This document shows positions 47,223 through 56,403 of a DNA stretch of 64,000 bases, one piece after another. The DNA comes from Candidatus Eiseniibacteriota bacterium (GTDB taxonomy: Bacteria; Eisenbacteria; RBG-16-71-46; CAVPCR01). The translations under genes were made by a program, and so were the position numbers. The notes under the pieces were generated by a model. That model had not been told where the DNA came from and made no database searches. It worked only from the letters and a program-made list of their open reading frames with translations. The first letter of the stretch is position 1. Each line of letters opens with the position of its first letter. Location: positions 288,001-352,000 of the forward strand of contig CAVPCR010000003.1 of assembly GCA_963702435.1 (NCBI GenBank), in the 5' to 3' direction.

Positions 47223-47654
47223 ATGGGCCTCAAGCGCATCGACCACATCGGAGTGGCGGTGAACGACGTGGGCCAGGTCGCCCGCCTGTTCTGCGAGCTG
47301 CTGGGCACCGATCCGGCAGGAGAAGAGGATCTCCCCGCCGAGGGGCTCGAGGTGATCTCGGTCGCCGCCGGCGACGACAAGATCGAGTTCTTCACGCCCA
47401 CGCGCGCCGATCACACGGTGCGCCGCTTCCTCGACAAGCGGGGGAACGCGATCCATCACATCTGCATCGAGGTGGACGATCTCGACTACGAGCTCCGCCG
47501 CTTGAAGAACCTGGGCGTCGAGCTGGTGGACGAGACCCCGCGCGCGGGCGCGCACGAGCGGCGGGTCGCCTTCCTCCACCCGCGCTCGACCGGCGGCATC
47601 CTGATCGAGCTCTCGGAGCATCCGAGCGGCGGGCCGGCGGATCTCGCGCCCTAG
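47223..47654 (+). CDS. mce: Methylmalonyl-CoA epimerase
   Basis: IDHIGVAV, IHHICIEV, AFLHPRSTGGILIEL; follows the mutase gene. Confidence 0.9.
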   Translation: MGLKRIDHIGVAVNDVGQVARLFCELLGTDPAGEEDLPAEGLEVISVAAGDDKIEFFTPTRADHTVRRFLDKRGNAIHHICIEVDDLDYELRRLKNLGVELVDETPRAGAHERRVAFLHPRSTGGILIELSEHPSGGPADLAP

Positions 47655-47723
47655 CCCCGGCCGGCCCCGGGCGCGCCCGCTTTCGCTCCCGCTTGCCGCC
47701 CGGCCCCGGTTTGAGCGAGACTC

Positions 47724-48317
47724 ATGGCCGCCATGAACGATTTCGCACTCGACTCGCTCGTCTGGCTCGCGGTGCCGTCGGAGCTCGGCGACCTGGCCCT
47801 CATCGCCACGGCCGATACCCTGGTCGGCCTCCAGCTGCCGTCACGCACCGCGCACGCCACCCGCATTCGCCGCAACTGGCCGGATAGCGATGTGCGGCGC
47901 GGCACGAACTCGGTCCTCACCTTCTTCGCCCACGAGCTCCGGCTCTACCTGGCCGGGAGCCCGGCCGGCTTCTCGGGCCCGCTCGCCTTCCCGCGCTCGA
48001 CCGACTACGAGCGCGCGGTGTACGCCGCCGCGCGCCGGATCCCGCACGGCGAGACCCGCACCTACGGCTGGGTGGCGGAGCACGCCGGCGGGAGCCCGCA
48101 GTCCGCGGGCAACGCGCTCGGCCGCAATCCCCTGCCCATCATCGTGCCCTGCCACCGGGTGGTGGCGGCGACGAGCCTCGGCGGTTTCACGGGCGGCCTC
48201 CCGCTCAAGCGGCAGCTCCTCGCGCTCGAAGGCGCCTCCCCGCTCAACCAGGGCGAGCTCCCGCTCGCCGCCGCGCCCGCGAAGGGCGGCCGGCCGCCCG
48301 GCCGCACCCGGTCATGA
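47724..48317 (+). CDS. ogt: Methylated-DNA--protein-cysteine S-methyltransferase
   Basis: IPHGETRTYG, NPLPIIVPCHRVV. Confidence 0.88.
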   Translation: MAAMNDFALDSLVWLAVPSELGDLALIATADTLVGLQLPSRTAHATRIRRNWPDSDVRRGTNSVLTFFAHELRLYLAGSPAGFSGPLAFPRSTDYERAVYAAARRIPHGETRTYGWVAEHAGGSPQSAGNALGRNPLPIIVPCHRVVAATSLGGFTGGLPLKRQLLALEGASPLNQGELPLAAAPAKGGRPPGRTRS

Positions 48318-49921
48318 CGCCCGCCGAGCGCGACGACGAGCCGAAGAAGCCGGCGCCGGATCCGAAGGAGATCCAGGAGGACTTCGGGCGCTTCCTGCGC
48401 GAGAAGTACGGGAGCGGCGTCGAGGTCCGCTTCATGTCGCCCTTCGCGCCGGGCCCTGCGGCGGCCCCCGGACCGGGTGAGCCGCCGGAGGACGACGACC
48501 GACCGCCCGAGCTCCACTTCCCGCACCAGCCGGCCGACATCAAGCAGTACCTCGACCGCTTCGTGATCGCGCAGGAGGACGCGAAGAAGGTGCTCGCGAC
48601 CGCGGTCTGCGACCACTACAACCACATCCGCCGCTGCCGCGGCCCGCGCGAGTGCCGCCACTATCAGAAGCAGAACGTGATCATGATCGGCTCGACCGGG
48701 ATCGGGAAGACCTACCTCGTGCGGTCGATCGCCGATCTCATCGGCGTCCCCTTCGTGCGCGCCGACGCCACCAAGTTCTCGGAAACGGGCTACGTCGGCG
48801 GCGATGTCGAGGACCTCGTGCGGGAGCTCGTGCACCGCGCGAACGGGTCGATCCGGCTCGCCGAGTACGGGATCGTCTACCTCGACGAGGTGGACAAGAT
48901 CGCCACCCCGGCGCACGTGCTGGGCCGCGACGTGTCGGGGCGCGGCGTGCAGATGGGGCTCTTGAAGCTCATGGAGGACACCGAGGTCCCGCTCCGCGCG
49001 GCGCACGACCTGACCGGGCAGCTGCAGACGGTGATGGAGCTCCAGACCAGGGGGAAGGCGACACGGAAGACGATCAACACGCGGCACATCCTCTTCATCG
49101 TCTCGGGCGCGTTCACGGGCTTGAAGGACATCGTGAAACGGCGTACGGCGCGGCGGGCGATCGGGTTTTCCGGCGCGGGCGAGGGCAGCGCCCGCGACGG
49201 CCGGTCCGGCGACGACGAGGGCTTCGCGCTGCTCACGGCCGCCAAGTCGGCCGACTTCGTCGAGTTCGGGTTCGAGCCCGAGTTCATCGGCCGCCTACCG
49301 GTGGTCGTCGCCTGCCACGACCTCTCCGAGGAGCACCTGTTCGACATCCTCACCCGCGCCGAGGGCTCCCTCCTCCATCAGTACGAGGAGGCCTTCCGGG
49401 CCTACGGGATCGAGGCGATCTTCGCGGAGGCCGGCCTCCACCGCGTGGCTTCGCTCGCCCACCGCGAGGGCACCGGCGCGCGCGGGCTCGGCTCGGTCCT
49501 CGAGCGCACGCTCCGCGAGTTCAAGTTCGCGCTACCGGGGGGCGGCGTCCGCCGCTTCGCGGTCACCGAGCAGACGGTGGATGATCCACGCGCCGATCTC
49601 GCGCAGGTGCTCGCGGGCGGCGAGTTCAACGAGCGAACGGTGCTCCGCGAGCTCCTCGCCCGGTTCGAGCGGGAGTTCGCCGCCCGCCATGGGCTCCTGA
49701 TCCGCTTCTCGCCGGAGGCGGCAGCAGCCATCGTCGACAAGGCGCTCGCCCTGGGCGGCGAGCCGGCCGAGATCGCCGGCGCGCTCCTCCAGGGCTACGA
49801 GCACGGACTCGAGCTCATCCGCACGCACACCGGGCAGCGCGAGTTCGAGATCACGCGCGAGGTGCTCGACCGCCCCGGCGACGCCTTGAGCCGCTGGATC
49901 CGCGAGGCCGTGAGCCGCTGA
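48314..49921 (+). CDS. ClpX-like AAA+ ATPase paralog without zinc finger, with C-terminal extension
   Basis: FVIAQEDAKK, GSTGIGKT, ETGYVGGDVE, DEVDKI, RDVSGRGVQ, AIGF, PEFIGRLP, TGARGL. Confidence 0.85.
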   Translation: MTPAERDDEPKKPAPDPKEIQEDFGRFLREKYGSGVEVRFMSPFAPGPAAAPGPGEPPEDDDRPPELHFPHQPADIKQYLDRFVIAQEDAKKVLATAVCDHYNHIRRCRGPRECRHYQKQNVIMIGSTGIGKTYLVRSIADLIGVPFVRADATKFSETGYVGGDVEDLVRELVHRANGSIRLAEYGIVYLDEVDKIATPAHVLGRDVSGRGVQMGLLKLMEDTEVPLRAAHDLTGQLQTVMELQTRGKATRKTINTRHILFIVSGAFTGLKDIVKRRTARRAIGFSGAGEGSARDGRSGDDEGFALLTAAKSADFVEFGFEPEFIGRLPVVVACHDLSEEHLFDILTRAEGSLLHQYEEAFRAYGIEAIFAEAGLHRVASLAHREGTGARGLGSVLERTLREFKFALPGGGVRRFAVTEQTVDDPRADLAQVLAGGEFNERTVLRELLARFEREFAARHGLLIRFSPEAAAAIVDKALALGGEPAEIAGALLQGYEHGLELIRTHTGQREFEITREVLDRPGDALSRWIREAVSR

Positions 49922-51271
49922 ATGGCCGGCGCCCGGAAGAAGCGGCGTGCTCGCCGTGATCTCGCCGGCGAACTCCGCTCCCTCTTCGTTGCGGTGATCC
50001 TCGGGGTCCTCGCCTTCGCCTTCCTTGGCCAGCCTTTCCAGGTTCACAAACTCATCCTGTTCGGAACAGCCTGGCTCGGCGTCTGGCTCGTGCTCCGCCC
50101 CTTCGGCGCGCGGCTTCTCGGGCGCCGCGCCGCGCTCCTCTCCCTCATCGCGTGGAACCTCTGTCTGGTTCTCGCCGTCGCCGAGGCCGGGCTCGAGCTC
50201 GCCGTCCGCAGCTGGCCCTCTCCGCTATTCGCTCACATCAACAAGCAAGTGGCGGCTCTGGTCAGGATCAAGACCCAGGACCCCAGCTGGACCTTCATGG
50301 GGTTTCCCTTCAACAGCCGCGGGTGGTACGACGACGAGCTCGGGGGCGGAGCCCCTTCCTTCCGGGTGGTCTCGATCTCCGACTCCTTCGCCTGGGGAGC
50401 CGTTCCTCACCACTTCCACTTCACCACGGTCTGCGAGCGCCTTGTTCCCGGCACGGACGTCGTGAACATGGGCTATTCGGCGACCGGGCCGGATGTCTAC
50501 GATTACCTCCTGCGCTACCACGCCGTGCCCCTCTCGCCGCAGCTCATCGTCGTCAACATCTTCGTGGGCAACGACCTCGCGGAGCTCATCCGGCGCGATC
50601 CGCACCCGCGATTGAGCCGCTTCTTCGACCGCGACAACCTGCTCGTGGTCGAGATCCCGCGGCGCGCTCTGGCCCTGGCGCGGGAGATGCGCTCAAGATC
50701 ACGGGAGGCCGCGGCCGGCACGCTCGGCCGCGCCCGCCCGGCAAGCCCTCTCGCCATCTGGCGGGGGCCCCGCGTCGAGCCCGCTCGCCTCTGCGAGGAG
50801 TATCCATGGCTCGCCGACCCCACCCTCGAACCGCCGACCCTCTCCAGCGCGGCCTTCTTGAAGATCGAGCGGCAGCGGGCCCTCTTCATCAGCCATCCCC
50901 GCAGCCTCGATGCCGCCTGGGAGCGGGAGTTCTTCGCCCGGATCGAGAGCATGACCGCCGCCGCCGGGCGCATCCCGATCGTCTTCGTGCTCATTCCGGA
51001 TGAGTTCCAGATCGAGGACGAACTGTGGCAAGCGGTGCAGAGCACGGTCCCGGTGCGTCTCGAGCGCGACCGTGCCCAGCAGCGCCTCACCGCCTGGTTC
51101 GCGCGGAACCGCGTGGCGACGATCGATCTCTTGCCCTCCCTGCGCGCGGTGCCTCCACTCGCCGACGGCCGCCGGCACCTCTACCACCGGCAGGATACGC
51201 ACATGAACCGGCGCGGCCACGAGGTGGCCGGGCGCGCCCTGGCTCAGCACGTCGCTCGTTACCGGCCGTGA
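49922..51271 (+). CDS. Membrane-anchored SGNH/GDSL-like protein
   Basis: N-terminal TM helices; SDSFAWG, FVGNDL, DTHMNRRGH. Confidence 0.72.
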   Translation: MAGARKKRRARRDLAGELRSLFVAVILGVLAFAFLGQPFQVHKLILFGTAWLGVWLVLRPFGARLLGRRAALLSLIAWNLCLVLAVAEAGLELAVRSWPSPLFAHINKQVAALVRIKTQDPSWTFMGFPFNSRGWYDDELGGGAPSFRVVSISDSFAWGAVPHHFHFTTVCERLVPGTDVVNMGYSATGPDVYDYLLRYHAVPLSPQLIVVNIFVGNDLAELIRRDPHPRLSRFFDRDNLLVVEIPRRALALAREMRSRSREAAAGTLGRARPASPLAIWRGPRVEPARLCEEYPWLADPTLEPPTLSSAAFLKIERQRALFISHPRSLDAAWEREFFARIESMTAAAGRIPIVFVLIPDEFQIEDELWQAVQSTVPVRLERDRAQQRLTAWFARNRVATIDLLPSLRAVPPLADGRRHLYHRQDTHMNRRGHEVAGRALAQHVARYRP

Positions 51272-51282
51272 CCGAAAGCAGA

Positions 51283-51310
51283 CGGCCGCCGGGGGACCCC
51301 CCGGCGGCCG
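51283..51310. terminator. GC-rich hairpin between convergent genes, probable terminator
   Basis: CGGCCGCCGGGG-GACC-CCCCGGCGGCCG perfect 12-bp stem. Confidence 0.65.
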
Positions 51311-51336
51311 CCTTGCTTCGATTGCAGCGTTCGTCC

Positions 51337-52224
51337 TTACTCGGCCGGATCGTGATTGGCCCTGGCCGCGGTCGCCCGCGTCAGATGAGAGTCCTTCCCC
51401 CCGACATCGTTGCCGACGACGACCGTCGCCGTGCGCTCGCCTGTCGTGAAACCGTTCGCGCTCGCCGCGAGCGAATACTCCGCGGGGAGGAGCCCCGGGA
51501 GCACGTAGCGTCCGTCGGCGGCGGTAGCCGTCGCCGCCACTTCCTCGCCGTTCCGCGAGGCGGTGACCGCCGCCCCCTCGATCGGCGTGTCATCCGAGAG
51601 GACGTCAGGCGTCCCGGCGTCGTCGAACACCCGCCCCGAGAGCGTGCCCGTCTCCGACAGATTGGCGCAGCGGATCGACGGCCGGAAGAAGAACTCGGTG
51701 ATCTCCTCCGCGCGCCGCGCGCTCGCCGGGATCGGATGGAACGAGCGGCTCACGTCGAAGTCGAGGAGCAACTCGGTCGTGAGCGAGCCGACGACGATGA
51801 TATCGGGATCGGGGAAGATCTTGATCCCGCTCTGGTCTCCACTCGGGATGTCGAGATCGAAGGTGCGGCCGTCGGTCAGGAAGACCTCCGCCTCCACCAC
51901 GTGGAGCCGGATCTGGGACAGGCGGCCGACCGGAACCTCGGTATCGACGAGGGTCGCCGTCACCCCGTTCGTCAGGTCGAGGAGATTCAAGCGACGCTCC
52001 TCGGTACTCACGGCCTCCCACCCTGAACTCCCGGCGTCCTGTCCCCCGACGAGGTTAACCTCGACCCGATCGATGGTCGCCATCGCCGAGTCGAGGACAT
52101 CGAAAGCGAATGGCGCGTCGGCGAGCTCGATGCGAAGTCGCCCGGTCGAGTCGTCTGAATCGCCACACCCCACGACCATGAGGAGGGCGCTGGCCAGGAG
52201 CCAGAACCGTGCGCGGCGCATCAT
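51337..52224 (-). CDS. DUF4382-like lipoprotein with a carboxypeptidase-regulatory-like C-terminal domain
   Basis: Lipobox MVVG-C; LADAPF, NLLDLTNG, QIRL, PSGDQSGIKI, LLDFDVSRSF. Confidence 0.78.
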   Translation of the reverse strand: MMRRARFWLLASALLMVVGCGDSDDSTGRLRIELADAPFAFDVLDSAMATIDRVEVNLVGGQDAGSSGWEAVSTEERRLNLLDLTNGVTATLVDTEVPVGRLSQIRLHVVEAEVFLTDGRTFDLDIPSGDQSGIKIFPDPDIIVVGSLTTELLLDFDVSRSFHPIPASARRAEEITEFFFRPSIRCANLSETGTLSGRVFDDAGTPDVLSDDTPIEGAAVTASRNGEEVAATATAADGRYVLPGLLPAEYSLAASANGFTTGERTATVVVGNDVGGKDSHLTRATAARANHDPAE

Positions 52225-52774
52225 GATGTATTGTCTCCTGCCGTGGCCTGGACAATCGCACCTGCGCAAACCTGTCTTCAGTCCAGCAGGGAGCATGCCA
52301 GGGGCGGATCACCCACCCTCACGCACCGCGGCAGTGGCGCGATGCAAGGGGACGCCCTGCACCATGATCTCACGATTCGTAGCCGGCACGCCATCCCGGA
52401 GGGCCGTAGGGATGGGCTCCGCGGAAGCGAGGTTTCGACCTCTCTCCCGTGCATCGCCTCGCGGGCGCCGTCGACAATGCCTCGGCGATCGCGATGCAGC
52501 CCCGCCGAGTCAAGCCCTCATGGATGAGTCCCGATCATGGGATCTGTCTGTGACATCGAGCGCGAGCTCCCTGGCAACGAGGTCGGCGGATGTGACAACC
52601 AGGTGCGCACGCAGGCCGGCTGCGTAGAACACACACCGCTCGGCACGGTCGAGAACGGCCCCCGGCACCGGACTTCCCCCGAAGGCGCAGCGGCACAGTT
52701 CGTGCAACACGCGTGCTGGTCGAAGATCAGGACGATGCCGGATGGCGCTCGCCGAACGACGAGCGGGAAGGACG

Positions 52775-53628
52775 CCACAGCGTTTGACGCGAGGGGCCAG
52801 GTGGCCAGGCGGGGCGACGGCGTCCGCCGCGGGAGGGAGCATCGCTGAGGCGCGGCGGGGCGACGGCGAATGCCGCGGGAGGGAGTATCGCTGAGGCGCA
52901 TCGAGTTCAGATGACCCGACAGCGTTTGACGCGGCGCGCGGGCGAGGTGGCCAGGCGGGGTGACGGCGTCCACCGCGGGAGGGAGCATCGGTCAGACGCA
53001 ACGAGTTCACATGACGCGACAGCGTTTGACGCGGCGCGCGGGCGAGGTGGCCAGGCGGGGTGACGGCGTCCACCGCGGGAGGGAGCATCGGTCAGACGCA
53101 ACGAGTTCACATGACGCGACAGCGTTTGACGCGGCGCGCGGGCGCGGTGGCCAGGCGGGGCGACGGCGTATGCCGCGGGAGGGAGCATCGGTCAGACGCA
53201 ACGAGTTCACATGACGCGACAGCGTTTGACGCGGCGCGCGGGCGAGGTGGCCAGGCGGGGTGACGGCGTCCACCGCGGGAGGGAGCATCGGTCAGACGCA
53301 ACGAGTTCACATGACGCGACAGCGTTTGACGCGGCGCGCGGGCGACGTGGCCAGGCGGGGCGACGGCATCCGCCGCGGGAAGGAGCATCGGTCAGACGCA
53401 ACGAGTTCACATGACCCGACAGCGTTTGACGCGGCGCGCGAGGTGGCCAGGCGGGGCGACGGCATCCGCCGCGGGAGGGAGTATCGCTGAGGCGCATCGA
53501 GTTCACATGACGCGACAGCGTTTGACGCGGCGCGCGGGCGACGTGGCCAGGCGGGGCGACGGCATCCGCCGCGGGAGGGAGTATCGCTGAGGCGCATCGA
53601 GTTCACATGACCCGACAGCGTTTGACGC
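52775..53628. repeat. Non-coding tandem array of about 100-bp units
   Basis: ACAGCGTTTGACGC recurs at about 52777, 52919, 53019, 53119, 53219, 53319, 53419, 53515 and 53615; units are near-identical with two sub-variants. Confidence 0.95.
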
Positions 53629-53853
53629 AGGGCAGGAACTGTGGCTGAACGCGGCGAGCGCGGCGAGCGCGGCGAGCGCGGCGCCCGGGTGGTTCGACAA
53701 CGCCCTCCAAGAGCAGCGGGGCTCACGAACCAGGCGGCGGGGCGGGCATGCCGGCGCCTTGTGCGGCGCAGGGGCCGGATGCTATGGTCGCTTCTTTCCC
53801 GGCGCGGCTCACCCTCGTGCGGCCCCGCCCATCCCGGTCTCGAGGACCCAGTC

Positions 53854-55164
53854 ATGGACGCAATCTCCTTGGCTCCGCGCGCCCCGCGCCGCGTGCTCTT
53901 CCCGCTGGCCGGCCTCCTCGCGCTCGGCGTCGCCCTCGCTATCGCCGCCTGCGGGCAAGGGGAGAAAAGGCCCGACACGGGCGGCATCTCCGACACCACG
54001 GCCTTCCGCGGCGCGTCCACGCTCACCGATACCACGGCGCAGATCGCGGCGCTCGCCAAGTTCCTCGACAGCTACCCGGAGAGCGCCTTCCGCCCGCGCG
54101 CCTACCGCCGCCTCTCCGATCTCGAGTCGGCGGCGTCACCGGAGCGCGCCGCCAAGCGGCTGGCAAAGGCGCTCCGCAAGGAGAAGCAGCCGGCCGCCCG
54201 CTCGAGCCTCCACTACCTCCTGTTCCAGCATGCAGAAGCCCACGCTCCGGACCAGGTCGAACCCGCCCTGCGCTCCGTGCTTGCCGACAAGGCTGAGCTC
54301 GACTACGAGGTCTACAACGCGATCGCCTGGGAGCTCGCCGAGAAGGGCGAGCACCTCGACCAGGCGCTCGCCCTCTCCGACCGGAGCCTGGCCCAGGCCC
54401 CGGACAGCCTCGCCAAGGCCACCGTGCTCGACACCAAGGGTTGGGTCTACTACAAGAAGCAGGAGTACGCAAAGTCGATCGAGACGCTCACGGCCGCGAT
54501 CGCCACGTCGCCCGAGCCCTTCGAGGAGATCGAGGTCCATCTTGCCCAGGCGCTCGACGCCGGCGGCATGAAGGCCGAGGCGCGGGACGCCTACACGAAG
54601 CTCCTCCTCACGCAGGAGATTCCGGAGTTCCGCACGCGGGCCCTCGCCCTCACCGGTGAGCTCGGCGGCTCACCGGAGGAGTTCGCCCGCGACATCGATC
54701 GCCGGCGCGAGGAGCGGGCGACCCCCGCTCCCGACTTCGCCCTCAAGGACTATGCCGGACGCGACATCCGGCTCTCCGACTTCCGCGGCCGGGTCGTGCT
54801 CCTCAACTTCTGGCATCCCACCTGAGGCCCCTGCCGTGCGGAGTATCCGCACCTCGAGGCGCTCTACCGGGAGTACAAGGATCGCGGTTTCACCGTCGTC
54901 TCGATGGAGGTCTCGAACCGGCCCGCTCTCGCCCAGGAGTTCGTGGCCGGGGTCGGCGCCACCTTCCCGATCGTGAACGACGATCAGAACGTGGCGAAGG
55001 AGACCTACAACGTGACGGGCACGCCGACCAATCTCATGATCGACCGGGACGGCCGGGTGTTCTTCCGGTCGCTCGGCTACGGCCCCGGCTACGAAGCGAG
55101 GTACAGCGCGGAGATCGAGTATCTCCTGACCCGGGGCACGAAGCAGCTCGAGCTCGGCGACTGA
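53854..55164 (+). CDS. TPR + TlpA/thioredoxin-fold lipoprotein, predicted selenoprotein (Sec at TGA 54823-54825)
   Basis: Lipobox AIAA-C; TPRs; APDFALKD...LSDFRGRVVLLNFWHPT-U-GPCRAEYPHLEALYREYKDRGF continues in frame into the 54904-55164 ORF (GTPTNLMIDRDGRV). Confidence 0.9.
54833..54860 (+). promoter_or_regulatory. Candidate bacterial SECIS element
   Basis: GTGCGGA-GTA-TCCGCAC perfect 7-bp stem (54836-54852) with a G-first apical loop 18 nt after the UGA; GCC/GGC lower pairing. Confidence 0.7.
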
Positions 55165-55182
55165 GCCGCCGGCGGGAGGGGC

Positions 55183-55300
55183 GGGTGCGCCAGACGGGTG
55201 CGCCAGACGGGTGCGCCAGACGCGTGCGCTAACCCGGTGCGCCAGCCCCCGTGTGCAGCCCCGGTGCGCCAGCCCCGGTGCGCCAGCCCCCGTGTGCAGG
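55183..55300. repeat. Degenerate 13-14 bp tandem repeat in a convergent intergenic gap
   Basis: GGGTGCGCCAGAC x3, then CCGGTGCGCCAGCC / CCCGTGTGCAG variants. Confidence 0.8.
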
Positions 55301-55305
55301 CCCGG

Positions 55306-56397
55306 CTAGGCCCCGGGATAGCTCCGGAAGAGGGGGCCCCACGGCGACTTCATGTAGTCGGCCACGCGCCGCCGCCCGATCGCGGGGTACCAGTAGTAAT
55401 CGTGGTACGCCCACGACGCAATGTAGGTCGTGACGACGAGCGGCGTGTGGGTCAGGAGCCGTTCGATCGGCTTGAACATGCCGTGGTAGAGCGCATGCTG
55501 CCCGCGGCTCGCGAAGGTCGAGCCGAAGGCGCAGCCGAGATCCACGCCGTCGATCGCATCGCCCACGATCTCGATCTCGCGCGGATCCCCCACCCCGAGG
55601 CCGTGCTCGTGCGCGATCCGGATGAACGGCAGGCTCATCGGATCGAATCCCATCATCTTCGCCGAGATGGCATCGATCGCCGTCTGGTCGGCCGAGGCGA
55701 GCACGAAACCCGCCGGCCGCACCTCCATGCAGCGCGGCCCCGGCCCCGACCCCACCACGTGCCCGTCCATCACCGCGAAGATGCCCGAGTGGATCTCCTT
55801 CTGGATCATGAGGAGATCGACCAGGGTCTCGTGGATCACCGAGTGAGTCCAGTGGCGCTGGCGATGGAGCAGGCCGCCGAAGGCGTTCTTCATCGCCCCG
55901 GTGATCGTGGTGAAGACATGCGTCTTCATCGTCGGCAGATGGATGATGTTCTCACCGATCATCCGCTTCGGGATGCGGATCCCCTCCGGGTAGACCCGGT
56001 CGAGGACGAGGAGCTTGCCCTTCGGCTCGTAGTTGACCCACTCCTCGTTCTCGTAGAGGTGCACGTTCCTGAGCCCGTGCTTCTGGATGACCGGGAGCTG
56101 CTTGTTGGCCCGCTCCCCCTCGCGCGCCGAGACGACGACCGTGTCGTTGTGGCAGCCATGGATCAGCTCCCGCCGATAGCCGTCGGCAAGGAGGGCCTGG
56201 ATCACGCCGTCCAGCTGCCAGGGGGTCGTCGAGCAGGCCGGATAGAACTTCTGCCAGGAGATGTTGATCTTGAGCGCGGTGTCCTTGTCCTTGGGCAGAT
56301 GCGTCTGGTAATCCACCGAGCGCATCGCGCGCCCGAAATCGGCGACAATCGCCTCCGGCCTCGTGCGGAGCACGGCAACCCGGGATCTCGTGGCCAT
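55306..56397 (-). CDS. DUF362 domain protein
   Basis: LKINISW, IHLPTMKTHVFT..TGAMKNAFG, VMDG, SADQTAIDA. Confidence 0.82.
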   Translation of the reverse strand: MATRSRVAVLRTRPEAIVADFGRAMRSVDYQTHLPKDKDTALKINISWQKFYPACSTTPWQLDGVIQALLADGYRRELIHGCHNDTVVVSAREGERANKQLPVIQKHGLRNVHLYENEEWVNYEPKGKLLVLDRVYPEGIRIPKRMIGENIIHLPTMKTHVFTTITGAMKNAFGGLLHRQRHWTHSVIHETLVDLLMIQKEIHSGIFAVMDGHVVGSGPGPRCMEVRPAGFVLASADQTAIDAISAKMMGFDPMSLPFIRIAHEHGLGVGDPREIEIVGDAIDGVDLGCAFGSTFASRGQHALYHGMFKPIERLLTHTPLVVTTYIASWAYHDYYWYPAIGRRRVADYMKSPWGPLFRSYPGA

Positions 56398-56403
56398 GCC
56401 GGT

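Noticed and set aside
52907..53506. Repeated 93-aa ORFs (MLPPAVDAVTPPGH...)
   Set aside because: These are by-products of a 100-bp repeat that shifts frame each unit; there is no RBS or coding signature.
52775..53628. CRISPR array
   Set aside because: The sequences between cores are near-identical rather than unique spacers, the period is 100 bp, and no cas genes are in the window.
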